DNA of 64,000 nt from contig JBFXLE010000006.1 in NCBI GenBank assembly GCA_050173015.1, positions 96,001-160,000 on the forward strand. Reading direction: 5' to 3'. The position numbers and the translations under genes are program-made. This document shows positions 49,401 through 59,369 of the stretch, piece after piece (the stretch's first letter is position 1; each line of letters starts with the position of its first letter). The notes beneath the pieces are model-generated. The model was not told the origin of the DNA and made no database searches. It saw only the letters and a list, made by a program, of their open reading frames with translations. The DNA comes from Calditrichaceae bacterium (lineage in GTDB: Bacteria; Calditrichota; Calditrichia; Calditrichales; JBFXGD01).

Positions 49401-50725
49401 TTAACGGCAGTGATTTCCAAATATCCGGCTCAGGGGCGGTTGCTACAGGGTCAGGTCATATAACTTTTGGCGGGGAAAGTTCTCAGACAATCACAGATGC
49501 AAGTTCAGCTTCTTTAGGTTTTAACAGTGTTACCATCAATAAAAGCGGTAATGATGTTACGCTTAATAATCCGGTCTCAATATATGGCTCACTCACATTG
49601 ACCCTTGGTGATATCATTACAGATGGTACTAACATCATTACATTTGAAACCGCTGCCACAGCGAGCGCCGGTAGTAATAATAGTCATATTAATGGTCCGG
49701 CTAAAAAGAAAACGGCTTCGGTAGCGGAATTTGCTTTCCCCATAGGCAATGGTACTAAGTGGCGCAGAATCGCGGTCACACCGGCATCCAGTACCGCTGA
49801 GACGTATCAGGCGCAATTTTATAATACAAATCCACAGGTTGCGATTGGGTCTACTCTTGGCGCAAATGTCTCGGTCGTTTCCAGTGTCCTCTATTGGAAT
49901 TTAACCAGAACCGGATCCGTAAACGCGAAGGTACGTTTGTTTTGGGAAGATGCGAGTGATGGAGTCCAGGCACCCGGATCATTGATTGTCGTACGATGGG
50001 ATGGCAGTCAGTGGGTTTCGGGAGGGTATTCAAGTAATGATGGCGATGCAAACAGCGGAAGTGTTTTATCATCTACTACTTTTGCTAACTTTGGTAATTT
50101 TACCTTGGGATCTGAACCGGCAGACAACTCCCTGCCCGTCGAGCTTTCTTCCTTTGAAGCGGTGAGCGCGTTTAATCAGGTAGTACTGTCATGGAAAACA
50201 CAGTCCGAACTCGAAAATCTTGGTTTTAATGTATATCGCGCGCGCGGCGCCGAGCCGGATAACTGGACACAGCTGAATGAAGCGCTCATCCCGGGTCAGG
50301 GTACTTATACACACGCCACCGATTATGAATATGTTGACCGCAGTGTGGCCGCGGGTGAAACCTATCTGTATAAGCTGGAGTCGGTCAGCGTTTCCGGACT
50401 GCGTGTGGATGAGCGGACGATAGAAGTGGCGGTGCCGGTTCCCGATCAGTACGCTTTGTTTAAAAATTATCCGAATCCATTTAATCCGACCACAAACATC
50501 CGTTTTCAGCTGCCGGATGCGCAAAACGTTAAACTCGCTGTTTATGACATCAGGGGTAGTCTGGTCAAAACGGTGGTCAATAATCAGGCTTTTCCGGCCG
50601 GTGAACACACGGTGACATGGGATGCCACCGATAACAACGGCAGCCGTGTGGCCAGCGGAATGTACATATACCGATTTGAAGCTGGAAAATTCAGCAAGAT
50701 CGATAAGATGATACTGCTGAAATAG
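46427..50725 (+). CDS. Large Ser/Thr/Gly-rich beta-helical surface protein (adhesin-like) with LPVEL-Ig and T9SS-like C-terminal domain
   Basis: ATG 46427 with SD AGGAGG, signal peptide AMA-Q; internal repeats; SLPVELSSF...W.T.SE..NLGF; KNYPNPFNP...KMILLK. Confidence 0.85.
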   Translation: MAVSTKKSRVVISIALLLTVFGFSQAMAQTTYYSQGAVNFTSVTNWNDASDGSGNPPPGTSVFVSAVDDFVVQNTDNLTIDATPTINNLTINTSGTVTNNGFDLQLVGTLTVTQGTVSMSSNFVIAGTVNVNGGTFNAGSSDQHSFLLSLSSGAFNAQTSTIEMKSSGSTTVFNKTGGTFDEGTATFKIVPNSDGSSAILTITSNSNIAFEKLIHSGLRNSGFSNVHEISFAGTVTYSINNSFERTDRASAINFPSGATLSYNQGAKLNYSGSTIAFTVGNEWPASNGPDSVLVTNSSTKTVTLSSSRTIPSDGALVLSQFSENFIIGDGTILTINGVLERKVSGTTGISLSGTGSVQYAATGSSLKYNTSANTTIGAEWPATNSPENVEITILNSNALSSSGDLSRTVTKNLTMNVGTVNLNAGTLAVLGNVAGSEIAGSATINDATTLEVGNSGSGNSQSQTIIGTLTLNKMTVNKTGGANDAANTVQLTESAALTFTAGSSLTVTAGILDLNGASRFVTAPVTMTINSGAVLKTGGTSLTSVATLTATNGKIVFSGSSQETLPIGTIGTVELNNVSGAITSAGTLTVGSSLVLTSGKLITSSANILRLASAATVSGIPSSSNMVVGPLQKAFASGVVSFLYPVGYGSSYRPATFDYLSNDVATSIIQIEAVSGDPGGTKPTGINSIATSHHYVVKEIGTAGTFTYNFTGTYTGTGFTPESRNQLIVQNGIDPNPLYSYPNTIAQTVNTTAKTVKINDALSALPSDDGKIAFGSIGVQITWDGGLSGTGTLWSNAANWVGDIVPQTGDDVLFDHTELAAAYSVTYDGSTTKNEFSSITIAPGGGNNITLTLSRSTTLTLTSSSNALVVGSNGKLTFSGTTVTMGAGFDNTRTDFQAGSTVEYTTGNVHVDGYDNLTISGATSGTTGSGTTTVGGNLAISATGFTSANAFTVAGSFTQTAGAASFATQSLTLNGNVDIQGGTFTPSTSTTFNGSDFQISGSGAVATGSGHITFGGESSQTITDASSASLGFNSVTINKSGNDVTLNNPVSIYGSLTLTLGDIITDGTNIITFETAATASAGSNNSHINGPAKKKTASVAEFAFPIGNGTKWRRIAVTPASSTAETYQAQFYNTNPQVAIGSTLGANVSVVSSVLYWNLTRTGSVNAKVRLFWEDASDGVQAPGSLIVVRWDGSQWVSGGYSSNDGDANSGSVLSSTTFANFGNFTLGSEPADNSLPVELSSFEAVSAFNQVVLSWKTQSELENLGFNVYRARGAEPDNWTQLNEALIPGQGTYTHATDYEYVDRSVAAGETYLYKLESVSVSGLRVDERTIEVAVPVPDQYALFKNYPNPFNPTTNIRFQLPDAQNVKLAVYDIRGSLVKTVVNNQAFPAGEHTVTWDATDNNGSRVASGMYIYRFEAGKFSKIDKMILLK

Positions 50726-50742
50726 TCCCAAAGCCGATATAA

Positions 50743-50772
50743 AATTGGGCAGATTATTCTGCCCATTTTTTT
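50743..50772 (+). terminator. Intrinsic terminator
   Basis: TGGGCAGA-TTAT-TCTGCCCA followed by T-tract. Confidence 0.85.
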
Positions 50773-50911
50773 ATATAGATAATGAAAATGTGAAATTATT
50801 ACTAAATTTAACGCAAAACATTACGATTATTTACATATTAAGTCAGAGTGCGGATTTATATATAGAAAAGGGTGTATGGATACAGGATTGAGAGTGCCCG
50901 GAAAGGGCGCA

Positions 50912-53900
50912 ATGAGGCATGCCGTTCTGAACTGGATATTTATGCTGTTTTTTCTGTTTGCCGGATTGGAATATCTAAATGCCGCGGAGTACAGGGAAAA
51001 GGTGGTTCAGGCATCGGAAAACAAGCTTGTTTTAAAATTTGACTTTGATGAGCCTGAATTTACCGCGGATGACGGCAAAGTATTCGCGAAATACGATAAA
51101 TCAGGATTCATAGTTGATAACCAGAAAGCTTTTCTGCCATATATTACCCGGTTTTTTAATCTGGCCGGTGATAAAGCCCGATATAAAATTTTAAAAATCA
51201 GTACAAAACAAAAAACAGTTGAAAATTATCTGATATCAAAAGATGATGCCTCGCTGGATATTACTGAAAAAGTCAATGTGGAATATCTTGGGAAATATCG
51301 TGAAGTTCCCGTTTTCTCACTAAAACTCTTTCCCGTATCTTACGATTCCCGTACTTCTGTTCTTGAGTGGATTGAAAGTATCGAACTGGAGCTGACGACA
51401 GGCGCTGACGGAAAAAGCATCGGTAAAGCGGGCAGCGGGAGCAGGGAATTTCTGACTTCGCTGCTGGTGAATGGGGACAGGACGCTTTTTACCTCCCCGG
51501 AATCCGTAACCCTGTCAAAGACAAATGATTTTCAGATAAATAATCTTCTTAACGCCCAGTCTGATCTGTTTAAAATCGGCGTCAAAGAAACCGGTATTTA
51601 TAAAGTCACCTATGATGATCTGCTTAAAGTAAATTACCCTGTTGCTGCGATCGATCCCCGAAAATTAAAATTAATAAACAAGGGAATTGAAGTACCGGTC
51701 TATTTCAAAGGAACCGAAGACGGTAAATTTGATCCCGGTGATTATTTTGAATTCTGGGGTGAAAAAAACGAAAAAACATTTTTGAGTCAGTATCCTGATG
51801 TCTATGCCGATCCGTTCTCCGATACAAATGTTTACTGGCTGACGCTCTCAACATCCAACGGGCTTCGCATGATCGATGAAAGCGGCGGTATTGTGGAAAC
51901 ACGGCAATATCTCCGGCCCGCCTACTTCAGAGAAACACTTCATTTTGAAGAAGATAATTATTTTGACAGGTTCGGACAGCCCACGGCGAATTTGAATCAT
52001 CCCGCTTATCAAATTGATCACTGGTTTTTTGACGGCGGCATCAGTTCTGTAGAAAGCAGATCCTATAATTTTAATTTGCCGTATCCTCTTGATTACGGTT
52101 CTGCCGTGACCGTCAAAGCCATGTTCCGCGGAAAGTCCTATTACAGTTATCCGACTAATCTGTTGCAGGGACATCAGGTTACGGTTTGGCTAAATGAGCA
52201 AAGAGTCGGACAGGTTATGCCGGCGGATAAATGGGAAGGTCAGACATCAAGGCTGGTCACAAACGCCACGGGGGCGCTCTCTCAGTCCAATTTGAAAAGC
52301 GGAGAGAATGTTTTCCGTGTGGATATGGAACAAAGCGGCGTAACGGATATTGTGCTGCTCAACTGGTTTGAAGTCTCCTACCAGAGATTGTTCAGAGCAG
52401 ATAATGATTTTATAAAATTTAAAGTGCAGGAAGGTCTTCCCCTGGATTATATCGTTCAATTTGAGATTGATGGTTTTTCCAATTCAAAAATTGATGTGTA
52501 TAAACTGGGTGTCAGCAAAATCGGAAACGGAAGAATTGATTATTTCAAGAATGAAGTCAATCGTTTTTCCTACCGTTTAACGATTCAGGATGAAATTTTT
52601 GATCCAAAAACGACCTATGTGGCTGTAACCGAAAGCGGTAAGAAAAAACCGTCGTATATAAAAGCCTTTACACCCTGGAAAGAAAATAATCCCGCCCTTA
52701 CCCTGACCAATAATTCGAATGCGGCTGATTATCTTATCATTACGGAAAGTCTCCTGTATCAGAACGCGTTAAAACTGAAGCTTTTGAAAGAAGAAGCGGG
52801 TTACCATCCTGAAGTTGTCACCGTTGAGAATATCTACGATACCTTTAATTATGGAATTAAATCACCGATCGCCATTAAAAATTTTCTAACCTATGCGTAT
52901 CAGAGCTGGAGTCAGACATACCCGTTAAAATATGTGGTTTTGACCGGTGACGCCTCTTATAATTACAAGGGAACCGGAGATCTGGTTCCGACGATGATGT
53001 TTGAGACGGAGAAATACGGCGCGGCTGCTTCCGATTACTGGTATGCACTGATATCCGGAGATGATTATATACCGGATATAGTTGTTGCGAGGATACCGGC
53101 AAATACAAATCAGCAGCTGCTGAATTACCTTGATAAAATAAATAATTACCAGAATAATCCGGTTGCCGGAGAGTGGCGAAACACGTCGCTGTTTATCAGC
53201 GGAAATGACGCGGGTACACGGGAAAATATCACCAATAAGCCGGTGTTCAGGACCCAGAATCTTCGATTGATCAATATGAAAAACCAGGGTCAGAATTTTT
53301 CACGACGTCTGAATACCGTAAAGAATGAAGAAATCGAGGGTGTTGATCCTGCATATGGCAGTACCACGGATTTGATCGAATATTTCGACGACGGTGTTTC
53401 CTATGTCAATTTTCTGGGACATGGCGGCGGCGGGATTTGGGCGGATGTACAGTTGTTTAGTCTCGCTGATGTGGACCGGCTCAATAATGAACATTATCAG
53501 CCGTTTATTTCCAGCATGACCTGCTTCACAGGCGCATTTGAGAATCCCGGTAAAGACGGTCTGGCGGAAAAGTTTGTGATGACCGCGAAAAAAGGAGCCA
53601 TCGGTATGGTGGCGAGCTCCGGGGTTGGCTGGACTTACAATGATTTTGCTATTGAGTGGGGATTGTTCGATTATCTGTGGCAGGACGTCTTAACATTCGG
53701 CGAAGCCGTTGATATGATGAAAATCTATTATCTGGCGAACCCGATTTATTACACGGAAGACGGCAGTTTCTATACCTGGAGTTATAATTCTCTAAAATAT
53801 TCAATGGTCTCCCAATATAATTTCCTGGGTGATCCCGCGTTGAAAATTCAAAAACCGGCGCAAAGTCTCTCTGTTGTGGTAGATAAGCTGACGCCGGCGG

Positions 53901-55870
53901 CGGGTGACAGCATCTCGATCAGTGTTAACGGTCAGATCAGCGGCGGTGAGTTGCTTCTGGAAATAACAGATATCAATAATTATGAGATATTTAATTTCAC
54001 CACATCCTTTAATCAGGCCGGTGTTGTTGTTAAAGCCAGGATACCGGAAGACCGGCAAGGTGAAACATTATTCATTAAAGCTTATGCAAGCAACAATACG
54101 GAAGACGCGAGCGGATACAAACAAATTGGTGTTTCAAAATCAATCATTTCTGATATTGCCGTCTCACCGGAAAATCCGCTGGTGAATCAACCGCTTTCAT
54201 TCAGGATCGTGGTGGAAAGCCCGATTCCGGTTACCGCAATGAATTTGCTTAATTTCAGAGATTTTGAATCGCTTGAAACTTATGGCGTAACGATTCCCAT
54301 GGAAAAAATAGCGGATACGCTGTTTCAGTCCACCAATGATTTCCCCGGATTCTCCAAAGAAGGTCAAAAATATTTTGATATATGGATTCAGGATCAAAGT
54401 GGCGCTGAAACTACATTCAGATGGAATATCCTGTATATCGGAGATCCGCGCCCTGATCTGACAATTGATCCCGGGACAATCCGTTACAGCGGCAATGATC
54501 AATTGCAGCTGGAATTTAAAGCGATTAATGACTCAAGGGATCCGGTGTCGGATGTCGTGTTTATGGTGTTTGATGACGATGGTTTGGCGACCGGTGTTCC
54601 GTTTTCTGAGCAGAGGGTGTCTTTCGGAGCCGGCGAAAAAAAGACGGTATATGCGGATTATAATCCATCCAATTTCCAGGATCAGCGGACGTTTAAAATC
54701 GCTGTGGATCCGGTAAATTCCTTTGAGGAAAGAGATGAGCAGAACAATGTATATATCCAATCGGTAGCGACGGATCATTTTTATGTTGACTATCAAATGG
54801 GGACCACCAAAAACGGTGCGCAGAATGACACGCTTCTTCTGGCGGGTATCTGGGGATTTTATATACCTTCTAACAGCATCACCGCGTCATCGGTTATAAA
54901 TTTTAATAAAACCAATATTCGTGAAATTCTGGAAAACGGCGAGCAAAGGGACTTAAAGTATATCCGTCTTATGGGGCAAAGTGATTCCAGCGCTATGCGG
55001 ATTACCATAAAAAATTCAAATACGGTTTTCACAAACCCCGCCGTTTTAAGCGCAAAAATTGATACATCTAAATACTCCGCCTCTGTAAGAAATAATCTCT
55101 CTTTCTTCCGTTACGATACCTATCTCGGACTCTGGGTGAAAATTGCATCCGCTTTAAAAGGGGATGAATTGAGCACGGCGGTAAACAACTCCGGTATGTA
55201 CGGTGTTTTTAATTTCACAGATGAAAAATCGCCGGTGATTGAATTAACCGCAAACGGACGGCCCTTGGTAAATGACATGCTTGTGACAAATAATCCGGCT
55301 ATCGCCATTCTGCTTCAGGATGAAAACGGACTGAATTTTAGGGAGACTTTCTTTGTAAAGCTGAACGGAGAAGATGTTCCGCAGGAAGATATGACGTATC
55401 CCGACAGTATCAGCAACGCGAATACCATATCAATTTTGACATCTCCGAAACTGACCAGCGGAGCACAGGAACTGGAAGTCACGGTTGCCGATGTCAATGG
55501 TAATATTTCAACAACAATGTCCACTTTCCAGGTAACTGAAGGATTTAATATAAAGGTTTTCGGAAATTATCCGAATCCATTTGAAGATGAGACCATAATT
55601 TCCTTTTTTGTCGACAGCAATGATGAGATTGATGATTTTTCTATAAAAATCTACACCACATCAGGAAGACTGATACGTTCCAGGATGTTGGATTTGGATG
55701 AATCGGTTGCCAGCGATAATATAAAAATGCCTTCATATCATGAGTTGATTTGGGATGGCACGGATGACGGAGGTAATCAGGTCGCGAACGGGGTTTATTT
55801 TGCCGTGGTAAAGGGCAAGTATAATGGTAAAACGGTTAAACACACTCTTAAAATAGCCAGGCTTAAATGA
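50912..55870 (+). CDS. porU: C25 (gingipain-family) peptidase, PorU-like T9SS sortase, with CARDB and FlgD-Ig C-terminal domains
   Basis: KIGVKETGIYKVTY..L, YADPFSDTNVYWL, ADYLII, YVVLTGDASY, NFLGHGG (His), MTCFTG (Cys), YNFLGDPA; C-terminal NYPNPF...ANGVYF; directly upstream of porV. Confidence 0.85.
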   Translation: MRHAVLNWIFMLFFLFAGLEYLNAAEYREKVVQASENKLVLKFDFDEPEFTADDGKVFAKYDKSGFIVDNQKAFLPYITRFFNLAGDKARYKILKISTKQKTVENYLISKDDASLDITEKVNVEYLGKYREVPVFSLKLFPVSYDSRTSVLEWIESIELELTTGADGKSIGKAGSGSREFLTSLLVNGDRTLFTSPESVTLSKTNDFQINNLLNAQSDLFKIGVKETGIYKVTYDDLLKVNYPVAAIDPRKLKLINKGIEVPVYFKGTEDGKFDPGDYFEFWGEKNEKTFLSQYPDVYADPFSDTNVYWLTLSTSNGLRMIDESGGIVETRQYLRPAYFRETLHFEEDNYFDRFGQPTANLNHPAYQIDHWFFDGGISSVESRSYNFNLPYPLDYGSAVTVKAMFRGKSYYSYPTNLLQGHQVTVWLNEQRVGQVMPADKWEGQTSRLVTNATGALSQSNLKSGENVFRVDMEQSGVTDIVLLNWFEVSYQRLFRADNDFIKFKVQEGLPLDYIVQFEIDGFSNSKIDVYKLGVSKIGNGRIDYFKNEVNRFSYRLTIQDEIFDPKTTYVAVTESGKKKPSYIKAFTPWKENNPALTLTNNSNAADYLIITESLLYQNALKLKLLKEEAGYHPEVVTVENIYDTFNYGIKSPIAIKNFLTYAYQSWSQTYPLKYVVLTGDASYNYKGTGDLVPTMMFETEKYGAAASDYWYALISGDDYIPDIVVARIPANTNQQLLNYLDKINNYQNNPVAGEWRNTSLFISGNDAGTRENITNKPVFRTQNLRLINMKNQGQNFSRRLNTVKNEEIEGVDPAYGSTTDLIEYFDDGVSYVNFLGHGGGGIWADVQLFSLADVDRLNNEHYQPFISSMTCFTGAFENPGKDGLAEKFVMTAKKGAIGMVASSGVGWTYNDFAIEWGLFDYLWQDVLTFGEAVDMMKIYYLANPIYYTEDGSFYTWSYNSLKYSMVSQYNFLGDPALKIQKPAQSLSVVVDKLTPAAGDSISISVNGQISGGELLLEITDINNYEIFNFTTSFNQAGVVVKARIPEDRQGETLFIKAYASNNTEDASGYKQIGVSKSIISDIAVSPENPLVNQPLSFRIVVESPIPVTAMNLLNFRDFESLETYGVTIPMEKIADTLFQSTNDFPGFSKEGQKYFDIWIQDQSGAETTFRWNILYIGDPRPDLTIDPGTIRYSGNDQLQLEFKAINDSRDPVSDVVFMVFDDDGLATGVPFSEQRVSFGAGEKKTVYADYNPSNFQDQRTFKIAVDPVNSFEERDEQNNVYIQSVATDHFYVDYQMGTTKNGAQNDTLLLAGIWGFYIPSNSITASSVINFNKTNIREILENGEQRDLKYIRLMGQSDSSAMRITIKNSNTVFTNPAVLSAKIDTSKYSASVRNNLSFFRYDTYLGLWVKIASALKGDELSTAVNNSGMYGVFNFTDEKSPVIELTANGRPLVNDMLVTNNPAIAILLQDENGLNFRETFFVKLNGEDVPQEDMTYPDSISNANTISILTSPKLTSGAQELEVTVADVNGNISTTMSTFQVTEGFNIKVFGNYPNPFEDETIISFFVDSNDEIDDFSIKIYTTSGRLIRSRMLDLDESVASDNIKMPSYHELIWDGTDDGGNQVANGVYFAVVKGKYNGKTVKHTLKIARLK

Positions 55871-56877
55871 GAAAAATTATAACCATAACGATATCGATCT
55901 TAATATTGATCAATGTGGCCCGGGCGCAGGACAGTAAATATACTGCCTCATTTCTAGAAATGGGAATCGGGGCCAGGGCGCTGGCCATGGGAAGCGCTTA
56001 TGTTGGTTTAAGTTCTGATGCTTCGGGATTTTACTGGAATCCCGGTGGTCTCGCGTTTTTGAAAAATTACCAGGCAGCCTCAATGTATGCCGATTTGTTT
56101 GGTTCGCTTGAGAATCAAAATTATATCAGTGTAGCCATCCCGATATTTGGAGGGGCAACCATTTCACTGGCCTGGGTACGTCTAAGTGTCGAGGATATCC
56201 CGCGATACGCGTTTGATGAAACTTCCAATGCTTTTCAGCGGATAACAGGCTCGGCATTGCCTCTTGATGGAGATGCTGAAGGAAGTTTCAGCAGTTATGA
56301 TGACGCTTATTATATCACATTCGCGAAATATAAACGGTTAAATATGAATTTAGGTTGGCAATATTTTGAAGTACCGATTGATTTTGCGTATGGCGCGAAT
56401 TTCAAAATCCTGAGACAGCAAATCGATGATAAAACCGGATCGGGATTAGGGGTTGATCTGGGAATTCAGGTGAGAATGGCGCTTAGTGATTTGTTTGACG
56501 ATGATCTGTATGGTGATCTTTCCTTTGGACTGAATGCCCAGGATTTGACCAATACTGAGATTACCTGGGATACGGATTCAAAGCACAGGGATGAGGTTGA
56601 AAGAAATTTTAAGTATGGATTTGCCTATATTCAGCCCCTGCAGTTTATAAAAAGCAGATTCACATTAGCATATGATGTAAATTCCAAATATGAGGGTTCC
56701 ACGCATTTTGGGACTGAACTACTGTATAATTCCATCCTGGCCATGCGGCTTGGTTCCAACAATGGTGATTTTACGACAGGAGCCGGGATATATTTCTGGA
56801 AATTCCAGTTTGATTACGCGTATCAGAGTCATGATCTGGGCAATTCGCACCGTGTATCAGTTTTATTAAATTTTTGA
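55867..56877 (+). CDS. porV: PorV/PorQ family outer-membrane protein
   Basis: FLEMGIGARALAMGSAYVG..DAS..YWNPGGL; C-terminal DLGNSHRVSVLLNF. Confidence 0.85.
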   Translation: MRKIITITISILILINVARAQDSKYTASFLEMGIGARALAMGSAYVGLSSDASGFYWNPGGLAFLKNYQAASMYADLFGSLENQNYISVAIPIFGGATISLAWVRLSVEDIPRYAFDETSNAFQRITGSALPLDGDAEGSFSSYDDAYYITFAKYKRLNMNLGWQYFEVPIDFAYGANFKILRQQIDDKTGSGLGVDLGIQVRMALSDLFDDDLYGDLSFGLNAQDLTNTEITWDTDSKHRDEVERNFKYGFAYIQPLQFIKSRFTLAYDVNSKYEGSTHFGTELLYNSILAMRLGSNNGDFTTGAGIYFWKFQFDYAYQSHDLGNSHRVSVLLNF

Positions 56878-56882
56878 GAGAT

Positions 56883-57650
56883 ATGAGAATCATTTTTTCC
56901 ATATTGATTATGATGGGAATTTTTGCCTGCTCGGGGCAGGAAACCACGGATAACGATCCTCCGTCAGCACCCGTTATGGTGCTGAAAGATGCCGGCGATG
57001 ATACGCTGGCGATTGAGCGAGGGATTGACGCCGTACCCGGATTATCCGATAATTACAAAATTCAGATCATGTGGTTCAGTCATCCGGAAGGCAGGAATCT
57101 GTCAAAATTCAATGTTTACCGGAGTACAGACAGAGAAGGTAAAATTCTATATAAAGAGATCGGTTCTGTGAAGGTTGATAACGCATCCTTTCAGGATACG
57201 GCCTATGTTGATGTATTGTTAAATACGAATATTCCGTATTTTTACTATGTGACGGCAGAAGATGAACAGGGAAATGAGAGCCTGCCCTCAGATACGGTCT
57301 GGTATCAATTAACTGAAAAGGCGCAGTTAGTGACACCGAAAGGTACCATTATAACGAATCCGCCGATAGTTTTTGAATTTGTTAAGCAGGGAATTCCGAA
57401 CGGGTATATATTAAGAATAGAAAAAGATCTGGGGTTGCAGGTAAATCCGCTGGCTTATGTGGAATGGGTTGAGCCCCTGAAAGATTACGCGACATCGATC
57501 ATTACCGACAGCCTTTCCGGAGAACAATTGAAAACCATCTTTAGTAACGGTAATTACCGCTGGAGAATTGATTTGTTTGAGATTGATCCTCTGCATTACG
57601 GATCAGAATCCAACTGGGAAACTTTTACGATCAACTGGAGCGATCAATGA
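56883..57650 (+). CDS. Lipoprotein with FN3/Ig-like domains
   Basis: Lipobox IFAC; PPSAP...FNVYRS...YFYYVTAEDEQGNESLPS; second domain with YRWRI. Confidence 0.75.
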   Translation: MRIIFSILIMMGIFACSGQETTDNDPPSAPVMVLKDAGDDTLAIERGIDAVPGLSDNYKIQIMWFSHPEGRNLSKFNVYRSTDREGKILYKEIGSVKVDNASFQDTAYVDVLLNTNIPYFYYVTAEDEQGNESLPSDTVWYQLTEKAQLVTPKGTIITNPPIVFEFVKQGIPNGYILRIEKDLGLQVNPLAYVEWVEPLKDYATSIITDSLSGEQLKTIFSNGNYRWRIDLFEIDPLHYGSESNWETFTINWSDQ

Positions 57651-58123
57651 AAAAATTTTTACCGGCCATAGCAATTCTGCTAATATTTTCTTTCGCTGAA
57701 GCGCAGAATTTCGACACACCTCAGGAAGCAATCGGTCAGTTTTCCGACCGACCGGCCCAATATATACTCGGAACGGGCGATATCCTGCTTGTGAATGTAA
57801 ATCTTTGGGGTCATGTTCAAAGACCCGGCATTTACAGTATTCCCAGTTCTTACACTCTGATTGATTTACTATCATCGGCCGGGGGCCCCATGAAAACAGC
57901 CCGGCTAAATGATGTGAGAATTGTTCGTAAAAATGAAGAAGTGATTCGTGTGAATGTAGAAACATTCCTTAAAACGGGAAACATTGAACTCCTCCCAATA
58001 TTACAGCCCGGCGACACTATTATCGTCTCAGGGAGTATTCAGGATGTTTTTGCCCGGGTCGTGGGTTTTATGAGAGATCTGGCTATTATTGTGAATGTAT
58101 TTGTGATTGCAAGCAGAATTTAG
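57647..58123 (+). CDS. SLBB-domain (Wza/polysaccharide-export-like) small exported protein
   Basis: VNLWGHVQRPGIY, TLIDLLSSAGG, LQPGDTIIV, C-terminal amphipathic helix. Confidence 0.8.
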   Translation: MKKFLPAIAILLIFSFAEAQNFDTPQEAIGQFSDRPAQYILGTGDILLVNVNLWGHVQRPGIYSIPSSYTLIDLLSSAGGPMKTARLNDVRIVRKNEEVIRVNVETFLKTGNIELLPILQPGDTIIVSGSIQDVFARVVGFMRDLAIIVNVFVIASRI

Positions 58124-58232
58124 CCCGTGTTGATCTGTTATTTTATTTGACGAAAATTGTTACTTAATATTTGAGTAAATATTAATTGAAGAAATTCGCT
58201 CCGGTACAAATTATGGCTGATAGGAGTTGTAA

Positions 58233-59369
58233 ATGAAGAAAATAAGCGCACTCGGTACCGCCTTATTTTTGTTCACTGTTGCATTGGCACAGGCACAGAT
58301 AACGAATACAGAAGGTACATTGTTCCATACCCAATCCGGGAAAACCATAGAAAAGGGAACATTGGTCTTCACGAACAACATGAACTTTTATACGACGGCG
58401 GGCGAATATATCGGCTCACTAAAACCGGATAATTTTAAAACTAAAAATTACTGGTTGGTGGCGGGAAATTTAGGTCTTAATTATGGAATAACAAATCATT
58501 TTGATGTTTCGCTCGGCCTCCGTGTTTATCAGGATACTCATTATTCAAACGAATACAATCTTCCGGATGATTTATTTTTAACATTAAAGCTGGGATCATT
58601 TGCTTCTAGCAGAAATCATTTTTATCAGGCTTTTAGTGGAACGATGAGGTTCCCCACAGGCGAGATACACAATTATCCGTTTGAAGAGTTTGCAAGCGGA
58701 GCCATCGAATTTGGATTTTTGTGGGCGGCAAGCTATTTTTCGGATCCATATCTTCCAAAACGGTCATTCAGCCTGCATTTTAATATGGGCTGGTGGTCTC
58801 ATAATGAAGCGGGCACGACTGTTTATGAGTACGACGACGGCACAAAACTCGATGCAACCGTGAACTCAAACGAGCTAAGATTGGCAATGGGCGCGGTTTA
58901 TCCCACAAATTTGTTTGATTACCGGGTTGAATTAAGCGGGATTATTTATATAACTGATCCCGATCGCTTTGTGTACAGCGCCGAAGAATGGTCCTTTCTG
59001 ACGCCCAGTATTCGGTACAAGCCATTTAGCTGGGCCACCTTTGATCTTGGAGTGGATATACGCCTTTCGCCTGAACGGCAATTTACCAGTGGCGTACCGG
59101 ATCTAAGCACTAATTTGGATCTGCCCGGCAGTTATCCCCCCTGGAAGGTGCAAATGGGAGCAAATTTTAATCTTGGATTATTCAACAAAAGAGCATTAAA
59201 TAATCCGGATTATGAGCGGAGAGAATATCTGAAAAAAATAGAATTGATCGAGACTGTTATTGAAGAACAGGAAAAGGCTGAAAAAGCTCAGAAAGAATTT
59301 GAAAATCTGAAAAAGGTTCGAAAAAGCACGGATAAGGAATTAGAGGATTTAAAAAATGTTCTGGAATAA
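58233..59369 (+). CDS. Predicted outer-membrane beta-barrel protein with C-terminal coiled coil (paralogue 1)
   Basis: Signal peptide AQA-Q; amphipathic strands; E/K-rich helical tail. Confidence 0.7.
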   Translation: MKKISALGTALFLFTVALAQAQITNTEGTLFHTQSGKTIEKGTLVFTNNMNFYTTAGEYIGSLKPDNFKTKNYWLVAGNLGLNYGITNHFDVSLGLRVYQDTHYSNEYNLPDDLFLTLKLGSFASSRNHFYQAFSGTMRFPTGEIHNYPFEEFASGAIEFGFLWAASYFSDPYLPKRSFSLHFNMGWWSHNEAGTTVYEYDDGTKLDATVNSNELRLAMGAVYPTNLFDYRVELSGIIYITDPDRFVYSAEEWSFLTPSIRYKPFSWATFDLGVDIRLSPERQFTSGVPDLSTNLDLPGSYPPWKVQMGANFNLGLFNKRALNNPDYERREYLKKIELIETVIEEQEKAEKAQKEFENLKKVRKSTDKELEDLKNVLE

